Assembly: GCA_026391475.1 (NCBI GenBank)
Contig: JAPLED010000087.1
Coordinates: 31,744 to 95,743, forward strand
From: Bacteroidia bacterium
GTDB taxonomy: Bacteria; Bacteroidota; Bacteroidia; Bacteroidales; VadinHA17
DNA: 64,000 bases
Direction of reading: 5' to 3'
The first letter of the stretch is position 1, and each line of letters opens with the position of its first letter. Under the pieces are notes generated by a model. That model searched no databases and was not told where the DNA came from. It was given only the letters and a program-made list of their open reading frames with translations. Shown one piece after another: positions 1 through 8,500 of the stretch. Both the position numbers and the translations under genes were made by a program.

Positions 1-1881
1 AGTTGCCAGAGCCTCTTTGATCTTATCGGGATTTGAAGTCGGTTTATCAATTTTGTTGATAGCGAATATAATCGGGACACCTGCTGCTGAGGCATGATTA
101 ATAGCTTCTTTGGTCTGAGGCATAACACCATCATCAGCTGCAACTACAATAATTGCTATGTCAGTTATTTGAGCACCTCTTGCACGCATGGCTGTAAAAG
201 CCTCATGCCCAGGCGTATCCAGGAAAGTTATCTGGCGTCCGTCTTCAAGGATAACTCCATATGCACCGATATGCTGAGTAATACCTCCGGCTTCACCTGC
301 AATCACATTTGTATTCCGGATATAGTCGAGCAATTTTGTTTTCCCATGGTCAACATGTCCCATTACAGTAACAATCGGAGGCCTTGGTTTAAGATCTTCC
401 TCTTCATCTTCAACTTCCCTTACTGCTTCCTGCAATTCCGCACTGACAAATTCCATAGTGAAACCAAATTCATCAGCAAGAATTGCCATTGTTTCAGCAT
501 CGAGACGCTGGTTAATGGAGACAAAAAGTCCAAGATTCATGCATGTGGAAATGATATCAGTAACGGGAATGCTCATCATCGAAGCAAGTTCATTAACTGA
601 AACGAATTCCGTTACTTTAAGAATATTTTTATCCTGTTCTATCTTATCAACTACCTCTTTATGTTTTTGGCTGATAGCCTCTCTTTTATCTCTTCGGTAC
701 CTCGAGCCCTTTGATTTCCCTTTTGTAGTGAGCCTGGCAAGGGTCTCTTTAATCTGTTTCTGAACTTCTTCTTCATTCACCTCAGCCCTGACAGGTCTTT
801 TTTTAATGACTTTCTTGGCGCCGGGCTTTTCCTTTTTATCGGTAGATATAGGTTTGACGACAGGTGTTCCCTCTTTTTCTTTCAGTATTCTCTTTCTTCT
901 CTTTTTTCTCCGGAAATCGGATTCCCCGCTTACCCTTACAGGTTGAAACGGAGTAGTTTTCTTTTTCTCTTCTACAGGCAAATCTATTCTTCCGACAACT
1001 CTTGGTCCAACAAGCTTTTTAAAATCTGTCTTATAAAGAGCGATAATATCCTCTTCCTGTTCAGGGATGAACACTTCATCAATTATTTCTTCAACAAAAA
1101 GCTCTTCAATCAAAGGTTCGGGGATAGTTTCTTCGATAATTTCCGGTTCTTTCTTTCCGGCCGCTTTCGTTTCTTCCGGTTTAGGAATATCTATTTCTTT
1201 ACTTTTCTGTTTCGCTGTATCTTTAGGTTTCTCTTTCTGTTCCTCTTTTTTTACAGGTTTGGTGTCTTTGGCAACTGTATCGAGATCAATTTTCCCGACA
1301 ATTTGAAGATCAATATTTGTTTTAGGTTCTTTTTCTTTAACGGGAACTGTGGTAACAGGCGTTTCCTTTTCGGTGGCAGGCTTTTTCTTATCAGGTTTTT
1401 CAGCTTCAACCGGGGTTACCGAAACCTTCTGCCCTGGTTCTTCTTTGGGTAGCGCTGCCTTTTCAACCTTTGGTTTTAATGTCTTTTCAAGGTCAATTTT
1501 GCCAACAAGTTTTATATCAGGCTTTTTGATTTCGGTCTTGATATCCACAGTTGTCTTAACTCCCGAAGAATCTTTGACCAGGACATCTTCATCCCTGTCA
1601 GCATCATCAGATTCAATTTTCTCTGAAAAATCATCAATGGAAACAGATTCCTTTTTCCTGTGGAGATCTTTAAGGATAAGTTTTTCAGATTCTTTTTTAA
1701 CGCTGATGTCTGTGCTATATTCTTTTATAAGCAGAATATATGCTTCATGCGGAAGTTTTGTATTTGGGTTGGGATCAAGGTCGAACCCTTTCTTGTGCAG
1801 AAATTCCACAATAGTGGAAATTCCTACATTGAATTCGCGGGCTGCTTTGCTTAATCTTGTAACCTTAATATCCTCTGTCAT
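1..1881 (-). CDS. infB: Translation initiation factor IF-2, partial (C-terminal part lies beyond the window edge)
   Basis: The minus-strand frame is open from position 1 to the ATG at 1881. It is absent from the ORF track because no stop lies in the window. The N-terminus reads [34 protein letters not shown], followed by a K/E/P-rich low-complexity region. GTPase motifs [10 protein letters not shown] (~340-370), DTPGHEAF (~205-230) and NKID (~40-60) are present. Its position after rimP-nusA matches the conserved operon. Confidence 0.93.
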   Translation of the reverse strand, partial: MTEDIKVTRLSKAAREFNVGISTIVEFLHKKGFDLDPNPNTKLPHEAYILLIKEYSTDISVKKESEKLILKDLHRKKESVSIDDFSEKIESDDADRDEDVLVKDSSGVKTTVDIKTEIKKPDIKLVGKIDLEKTLKPKVEKAALPKEEPGQKVSVTPVEAEKPDKKKPATEKETPVTTVPVKEKEPKTNIDLQIVGKIDLDTVAKDTKPVKKEEQKEKPKDTAKQKSKEIDIPKPEETKAAGKKEPEIIEETIPEPLIEELFVEEIIDEVFIPEQEEDIIALYKTDFKKLVGPRVVGRIDLPVEEKKKTTPFQPVRVSGESDFRRKKRRKRILKEKEGTPVVKPISTDKKEKPGAKKVIKKRPVRAEVNEEEVQKQIKETLARLTTKGKSKGSRYRRDKREAISQKHKEVVDKIEQDKNILKVTEFVSVNELASMMSIPVTDIISTCMNLGLFVSINQRLDAETMAILADEFGFTMEFVSAELQEAVREVEDEEEDLKPRPPIVTVMGHVDHGKTKLLDYIRNTNVIAGEAGGITQHIGAYGVILEDGRQITFLDTPGHEAFTAMRARGAQITDIAIIVVAADDGVMPQTKEAINHASAAGVPIIFAINKIDKPTSNPDKIKEALAT

Positions 1882-1946
1882 AAATATGCCTTGCCTTTAT
1901 TTAAACTTCAAAAACAATCTGTTTGTGAATAGCTTATATTAGTATT

Positions 1947-3185
1947 TTATTCAAATTCGGCTCTGAGGATATTAACAACCTCTTTAACAGTTTCCTCTTC
2001 AAGATCAGTCCTTTTAACAAGGTCGCTGATTGAAAGGTTTAAAACGCTTCTTGCAGTATCGCAACCAATAGCTTTGAGCTCTTCGATTATCCAATCTTCA
2101 ATTTCATCACCAAATTCCTCAAGATTAACATCTTCCTCATCTTCTCCACCCGGTTCCCTGTAAACATCAATCTCATAGCCGGTAAGCTGGCTTGCAAGCT
2201 TAATATTAAGACCTCCCTTACCAATAGCAAGAGATACTTCATTCGGTTTCAGATAAATTTGTGCCCTTTTTGTCTCTTCAACAAGTTTGATAGAGGTTAT
2301 CTTTGCCGGACTGAGTGCCCTTTGGATGAAGAGTTGATTGTTGGAAGTAAAGTTGATCACATCGATATTTTCATTACGCAATTCCCTTACGATCCCGTGT
2401 ATCCTTGAACCTTTCATTCCAACACATGCACCAACAGGATCAATTCTCTCGTCGTACGACTCAACAGCAACCTTGGCACGCTCCCCCGGAACCCTTACGA
2501 TCTTTTTAATGGTAATCAGCCCATCAAAAATTTCAGGGACTTCCAGTTCAAATAATCTTTCAAGGAATACCGGCGATGTACGGCTGAGAATAATGAACGG
2601 TGTATTGTTTCTCATTTCAACCTTGATCACCACTGCCCTTATTGAATCTCCTTTACGGAAATGGTCGGAGGGTATCTGTTCGCTTTTGGGCAGAATAAGT
2701 TCATTACCATCATCATCCAGAACAAGGATCTCTCTCTTCCATACCTGGTAAACTTCGCCGGTAACTATTTCGCCGATCCTGTCTTTATACTTGATGTATA
2801 TATTATTTTTCTCAAGATCGAGTATCCGTGCGGTAAGATTTTGCCTTAACGATAATATTGCTCTTCTTCCGAAGTCAAGAAATTTGACCTCATCAGAAAC
2901 CTCTTCGCCAACTTCATAATCTTCATCTATCTCCTTGGCCTTTGAAAGAGGTATCTGCATAACAGGATCGGTTAACTCCTTATCATCAACAACAACCCTG
3001 TTTCTCCATATTTCAAAGTCACCCTTATCGATATTGACGATAATGTCAAAATTATCAGCTGAACCGTACTTCTTTGCGAGCATGCTTCTGAATACATCTT
3101 CAAGAACGCTCATCATGGTAGGGCGGTCAATATTTTTCAGCTCCTTAAATTCCGAAAAAGTGTCGATTAAATTAACATTTTCCAT
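1947..3185 (-). CDS. nusA: Transcription termination/antitermination factor NusA
   Basis: 412-aa ORF with the NusA N-terminal domain, an S1-like segment (GEIVTGEVYQV) and KH-domain signatures (VGACVGMKGSRI, AIGKGGLNIKLAS). It is flanked by rimP and infB. Confidence 0.95.
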   Translation of the reverse strand: MENVNLIDTFSEFKELKNIDRPTMMSVLEDVFRSMLAKKYGSADNFDIIVNIDKGDFEIWRNRVVVDDKELTDPVMQIPLSKAKEIDEDYEVGEEVSDEVKFLDFGRRAILSLRQNLTARILDLEKNNIYIKYKDRIGEIVTGEVYQVWKREILVLDDDGNELILPKSEQIPSDHFRKGDSIRAVVIKVEMRNNTPFIILSRTSPVFLERLFELEVPEIFDGLITIKKIVRVPGERAKVAVESYDERIDPVGACVGMKGSRIHGIVRELRNENIDVINFTSNNQLFIQRALSPAKITSIKLVEETKRAQIYLKPNEVSLAIGKGGLNIKLASQLTGYEIDVYREPGGEDEEDVNLEEFGDEIEDWIIEELKAIGCDTARSVLNLSISDLVKRTDLEEETVKEVVNILRAEFE

Positions 3186-3205
3186 CTGGTGTAAGCCTCT
3201 TATTA

Positions 3206-3631
3206 TTACTTAATTGTTAAAATAACTCTTGTCGATTTTATCTGGTCAAAATTGAAAGAGAGAACTTTAAATTCGGTCTCAAGTTCAAATCCGCCTTCTG
3301 TAACATTTTTAAGTTTTCCGGCTAACTTAGAACCTTCATTGTCAATTACTTCTACTTTTTTGCCTTCATTTTTTAAATACTGTTTAATAACTGCAAAAGG
3401 CAAATCAAGACCGGGCGACGATACCTGTAACTCAAAATCCTCCTTATCTCGGTCGAGACTCTTTTCAATATGTCTGTGTATAGCTGCACATTCATCAATT
3501 GTAATACCCTCATTTTTATCGGCCAGCACAGTGATCCTGTTCGAGCTGCTTACTTTTACAGCCACAAGAAAGAGTCCGGTTCCCTTTATGAACTCTTCAA
3601 CTAATCCCTGTATTGACTGTTTTTCTACCAT
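3206..3631 (-). CDS. rimP: Ribosome maturation factor RimP
   Basis: 141-aa ORF with the RimP-like SSPGLDLPF motif, immediately upstream of nusA. Confidence 0.85.
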   Translation of the reverse strand: MVEKQSIQGLVEEFIKGTGLFLVAVKVSSSNRITVLADKNEGITIDECAAIHRHIEKSLDRDKEDFELQVSSPGLDLPFAVIKQYLKNEGKKVEVIDNEGSKLAGKLKNVTEGGFELETEFKVLSFNFDQIKSTRVILTIK

Positions 3632-3655
3632 TTTCTAAAAACCGATAACAAAATA

Positions 3656-3671
3656 GGGGACTCTGGTCCCC
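3656..3671 (-). promoter_or_regulatory. Leader hairpin (GGGGAC-N4-GTCCCC) followed on the minus strand by a T-rich tract, 25 nt upstream of the rimP start. Candidate attenuator.
   Basis: Perfect 6-bp GC stem read directly from the sequence. On the transcribed strand it is followed by TATTTTGTTATCGGTTTTT. It lies between the predicted -7 box and the rimP ATG. Confidence 0.4.
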
Positions 3672-3700
3672 TAGGTCTCAAACACCCCTCAATTCGGTTG

Positions 3701-3731
3701 CAAAGGTACATATTTATATTAAATCACCAAA
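3701..3731 (-). promoter_or_regulatory. Candidate Bacteroidetes sigmaA promoter for rimP-nusA-infB (-33 TTTG, -7 TACCTTTG)
   Basis: The minus strand reads TTTG (3731-3728), a 19-nt spacer, then TACCTTTG (3708-3701). This matches the TTTG-N19-21-TAnnTTTG consensus described for Bacteroides and Flavobacterium. Confidence 0.5.
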
Positions 3732-3755
3732 AATATTAACATTAATATTGAAGTA

Positions 3756-4808
3756 TTGTGCTTGTGGTTCAAAGATGTAGCTTGGAAATCAGCAAACATT
3801 TCGATATTTGCGATTGACTTTAAACTTCCGGTTAATAAAACAACATTTATCAGGTTCACTGTGAAACAGGCAGATATATATGACAATAATGACAGGTTAA
3901 TACTTGAAAATTGTACGTTATGCCCAAGGGAGTGTCGTGTTAACAGGTTCAGAGAAGAAGCTGGATATTGCGGTATGGATGCAGGTTTGAATATCGCATC
4001 GGTATGTATCCACAGGGGAGAGGAGCCTTTCATAAGCGGGATAAGTGGTATCTGTAATATTTTTTTTGCTGGTTGTAATCTGCATTGCATTTATTGTCAG
4101 AATCACGAAATAAGCCGGCCTGGATCGGTAATACGGAATACGGAAATGGACATGTACACAGTGTTGGATCGTATAGAAGAATTACTTTCAAAAGGTATTA
4201 CAGCTGTTGGTTTTGTATCTCCTTCTCATGTTGCACCGCAGGTAAAGGCAATAATAAAAGGGATGAATTCGCGTGGGTTGAAACCAATAACAGTATATAA
4301 TACAAATAGTTATGATAAGATTGAAACCATCCGCAGTCTCTACGGATTAATTGATGTGTATCTGCCCGATTATAAATATGTTACCTCTGAAATTGCAACA
4401 GAGTATTCCGATGCTTTTGATTACCCGGCAGTTGCCTTAAAAGCCATTAAAGAAATGTACTATCAGAAAGGATCAACTCTGAGGGTTAATGAAAATGGTT
4501 TGGCAGAAAATGGAATGCTGATCAGGCATCTTGTTTTACCCGGTCATGTGGAAGAGAGTAAAAATGTTTTAAGGACAATAGCTGAAGAGTTGTCGTCAGG
4601 TGTTCATCTTTCGCTCATGTCACAATACCAACCCACATCAGTAGTGAGAAATCATCCTGTCCTAAACCGTTCGCTTTACAAAGCAGAATATGAGGCTGTT
4701 GTTGAAGCAATGGAAGATCTCGGATTCAGAAATGGCTGGGTTCAGGATATGGATAGCAATCAGAACTACCAGCCCGATTTCAGAAAGGAACATCCGTTTG
4801 AAGAATAG
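3756..4808 (+). CDS. Radical SAM protein, PflX-like (COG1313 pyruvate formate-lyase activase homologue)
   Basis: CNLHCIYCQN is a CxxxCxxC radical-SAM cluster motif. The N-terminal CTLCPRECRVNR..GYCG motif is typical of the PflX group. The true start is uncertain. The ATG at 3756 lies very close to the rimP promoter, and an in-frame GTG at 3861 is an alternative. Confidence 0.75.
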   Translation: MCLWFKDVAWKSANISIFAIDFKLPVNKTTFIRFTVKQADIYDNNDRLILENCTLCPRECRVNRFREEAGYCGMDAGLNIASVCIHRGEEPFISGISGICNIFFAGCNLHCIYCQNHEISRPGSVIRNTEMDMYTVLDRIEELLSKGITAVGFVSPSHVAPQVKAIIKGMNSRGLKPITVYNTNSYDKIETIRSLYGLIDVYLPDYKYVTSEIATEYSDAFDYPAVALKAIKEMYYQKGSTLRVNENGLAENGMLIRHLVLPGHVEESKNVLRTIAEELSSGVHLSLMSQYQPTSVVRNHPVLNRSLYKAEYEAVVEAMEDLGFRNGWVQDMDSNQNYQPDFRKEHPFEE

Positions 4809-4809
4809 A

Positions 4810-5526
4810 TTACATAAACTTCTCCCTCTTCTGAAGGTTGTATAAAGCTGCCAGAAGGAACACGATTGTTCCGGTAATCAGAACTATCCTGTTTTTAAGA
4901 GTAATGATTGCCCATGTTGTCTCATTTACATCACGTGGCAGGTTGAATGGGTTAAGGAACACGTTCCACTGGCTCTTACTCAATGGCGTACTAAGTATAA
5001 GGAATATCAGCCCGAATATTATCATGACGACAGCTGTTCCATTTCCATTTCTGATAACAGTTGAAAGCATAAAAGCCATTACACCAAGAAAAATAACAGG
5101 TAGCATCACCTGCAACGTCATATTTACAGTGCGGAATCTGACAATAAACACAGAAGACAACAGTGTGAAAGCTAGCATGATGATGAAAGCAATTATAAAT
5201 ATCAGCACTATTCTTACGAGCCAGACTTTGTACCTATAGTTAGGTATTCCAAATAATATTTCAATAGTTCTGGCATCCTGATCATTCTGAACGCCAAAGA
5301 CCGATGGATAAAAAACCAGAAGTATCCCTGAAAAGAGAAAAATTCCGTACATATCCTCCATCTTTGAAACGTCATTTGAGAACACATAAATTATTGAAAG
5401 TCCGACATAAAACAATATAGATCCGGTAAGAAACCAAATGAACTTATTTGCGAAGATAATTCGTAGATTATAAATGATCATCTTATAAATAATGATGATA
5501 TAATTATGTAAGTTTGTGCCTTTCAT
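4810..5526 (-). CDS. ABC-2-type integral membrane permease (about six TM helices), last gene of the efflux operon
   Basis: 238-aa hydrophobic ORF with about six predicted TM segments. It lies 24 nt downstream of the ORF carrying the fused ATPase domain. No sequence motif was recognised, so the call rests on topology and context. A start at M16 (5481) is possible. Confidence 0.55.
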   Translation of the reverse strand: MKGTNLHNYIIIIYKMIIYNLRIIFANKFIWFLTGSILFYVGLSIIYVFSNDVSKMEDMYGIFLFSGILLVFYPSVFGVQNDQDARTIEILFGIPNYRYKVWLVRIVLIFIIAFIIMLAFTLLSSVFIVRFRTVNMTLQVMLPVIFLGVMAFMLSTVIRNGNGTAVVMIIFGLIFLILSTPLSKSQWNVFLNPFNLPRDVNETTWAIITLKNRIVLITGTIVFLLAALYNLQKREKFM

Positions 5527-5550
5527 TTTATTAATATTAAACTGTTTATT

Positions 5551-8500
5551 TTAAGAAGCAGTTCTGACTTTCTTCCTGAGAATCCACAAATAAGCATCCT
5601 CAAGATTTGGAGTCACACTGACTGCGTCCTGATGTGGTTTATCTTCAGAAATACATCTTACTCTTACATTTTCTCCTTCGGACATGTGGTGTACCACTAA
5701 ATGACTTTCAATAAAACTGGCGAAGTCTTTTACAGGAATATTGAATTGCCAGACATGCTCTTCTGCCTCATTTGTCATGTCAATTGGTTTGCCAAGATAC
5801 ATCAGAATTCCTTTGTTCAGGACAGCGACCTGGTAGCAGGAGCTTGAGATATCCTCAATAATATGTGTGGAGAAGATGACCACTCTGTTGCGGCTAAGCT
5901 CCACAAGAAGGTTTCTGAACCTGATCCTTTCCCGGGGATCAAGACCGGCAGTAGGCTCATCAACAACGAGTATACGTGGCAGATGAAGAAGTATTTGAGC
6001 TATACCCATTCTTTGTTTCATTCCTCCTGAGTAAGAGCTTATTTTATCATGTCTGCGGTCCTCCATATGAACAGCATTCAGGCAGTATGTAACTCTTTCT
6101 TCTCTTATTTTAGCATCAGTGATGTTTTTAAGAATAGCCTGATAATGAAGATAATCATGAGCTGTCATATTTTCATAGCTTCCAAACTCCTGAGGAAGGT
6201 ATCCGATAAGTCCCTGAAGCTCTTCTCTCTTTTTTTGAGTGTCCATTCCATTTATCCATACCTTACCGTAGCTCTGTTCCAGGATGCCACAGATTATCCG
6301 CATAAGTGTCGTTTTACCTGCACCATTTGGCCCAAGAAGGCCAAACATACCGTTCCCGATATTCAGTGAGACACAACTTAAAGCTTTGAAAGGCTTTTTC
6401 TTTCTGCCTATCAATGGTATTGCTGCAACTATTTTATAGAAATTCTTACGGATATTTTTAAACCTGCCTTCGAGACGATAGATATCTATATTCTCTGAAC
6501 TCATTTTAATTCCTGTTCTGTATATAATAAGGCCGAAAAACCATAAGACTCCAAGTATAAGTACTATCGCAATGTTATGCCACCTTATCTGAAAGAGATA
6601 AATATTACCCAGTGGTATGATCCAGAATATCAGTGCATCAAGTATTCTTACAATCCCGGAATATATTTTCTTTTTTTCTGATGATGCAAAATTTGTCAGT
6701 AATTTTTTGAAAGGGATCCAGATGCCCAGAAGGGAAAACCATATACAGATACTGAATATAAAAATCCAGAAACCGCTTTTCAGATAAAAATATGTAAAAT
6801 AGATAACAAACCCGATCAATGGTATTTGCCAGGTCAGATGGTTCATATCTCTCCATGATGAAAAGTCCTTTTCAAGCCCAAGCCTTTCCCTTATTCTTAA
6901 GCCAGCTTTCCATTCCCGTGTAAGACGACTGCCTCTGTCATATATTTTGACAAGGCTCTGAACATAAATATTAATAGGTTCATCAGAAGAGATTACAGTC
7001 TCTCTTGCTTTTCTAAGTGTGTTGATAAAAAACCATGTGGCTGCCGGTACAATGATTAATGAGAGTATTGTTGTTATCAATTTCCAGAGGAATTGATCAA
7101 TATAGGTATATATCACAAGTATAAGTAAAGCTAATACGATGAATTGAATAACTTTTATTTTCAAGTTAAGTGAGTAGATCCATTGAAGTGAGTTTTCGAG
7201 GCCTGAGTAGAAAGTAGGAATAAAGATAAGTGTCAGCATTGTACTAAGAGTCAAACCTCCGATGACAGTAATTGCAAAAGCAGCACCAATGGTAGCAACA
7301 AATTCAGATTTTCCCATAGCCAGTGGAAAGAGGGCAATCACAGTTGTTGAGGCAGTGATCAGGATAGGTCTAACCCGCGCTATTCCTGCAGTCATTAAAG
7401 CGCGTGAACGTCTGTTGCCTCTCTTCCTTAAAATATTGGTATAATCAATAAGGAGAATTCCATTGTTTACCACCACACCGAGAAGTATTAGGAATCCGAT
7501 CAGAGTATTGGCATTTAGAAGAGAATTGTTTGTTAGAATAAGCGCAATAAGTGAACCTAATGCGGCAAGTGGTATGCTGAACATCAGGACCACCGGGGTG
7601 GAAAGTGATTCAAAAACTGAAGCAAGGATCATATAGATAAGGAGGAATGCCATCCCGATAAGGTAATAGAAATCTTTCAGCGGGTCCTCCTCATGAACGA
7701 CTTCGACTGCTATTCCTGAAGGTATATTGATATCTGAAACAATCGATTCTATTTCTGTTCTTGCACCTTCCAGCAGATCTTTGGAGCTAGTTATATCTGA
7801 ATTAAAACTATATGTAACTGTAATTTTTTTCTCACGGTTTTCCCTGTGTATGTTCCCCATACCAGATGAAAATACAACATTTGATAATTCCTGCATTTCC
7901 ATTAAATTGGAATTGCTACTTGTCACTTCGAGATGTTTAAGGTCATCGATTGTCTTGTTCGTATTTACCTTGATCTGACCTGATTCATCTGTATATTTCA
8001 GAGTGATATCATAGCTTTCGGTCCCCTGTAAAAAAGTTGCACCTGAGGAATATTCTCTCCCAAAAGTGGAAAGTGCTGAGGAAATATTATTCAGGGTGAA
8101 ATTATTACGTCCGATATAATCCATATCAAACTTTAAATGTACTTCAGGTGTATTATCCTGAACATTAACATTCACACTACTAATTGTTGACAGATCCTGA
8201 ATAGCTGCCTTAATATCATCTGAAAGGTTTTTCATCTGTTCGAAATTCTGTCCTTTTATGATAACACTTTCGCTTGTTGTTCCCATACCCAGAAGGTTCA
8301 TAAAGTTTGCCCCGGGATTTACCGCTCCTCCTCCTCCTCCTCCTGAGCCGGAATAACCCCCACCTGAAGAAATCTCATTCATGGTGATTTCTCCTGTCCT
8401 CATGTTTCTTACTTTTTCAAGAATGTCATTTTTAATTTCCGGAAGAGTCCTTTTGCTTGACTTATCCCATTTTTTAGCAAGATTTACAGTTAATGTTGCT

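Noticed and set aside
94-1942. Several + strand ORFs (168, 101, 169, 79, 197 and 64 aa) with F/S/L-rich low-complexity translations
   Set aside because: They are antisense to infB, whose minus-strand frame gives a recognisable IF-2 N-terminus, K/E-rich linker and GTPase motifs. Their odd composition is the mirror image of the K/E/P-rich IF-2 region.
3719-4106. Minus-strand ORFs of 123 aa and 62 aa
   Set aside because: They are antisense to the radical SAM gene, whose CxxxCxxC motif identifies the + strand as coding.
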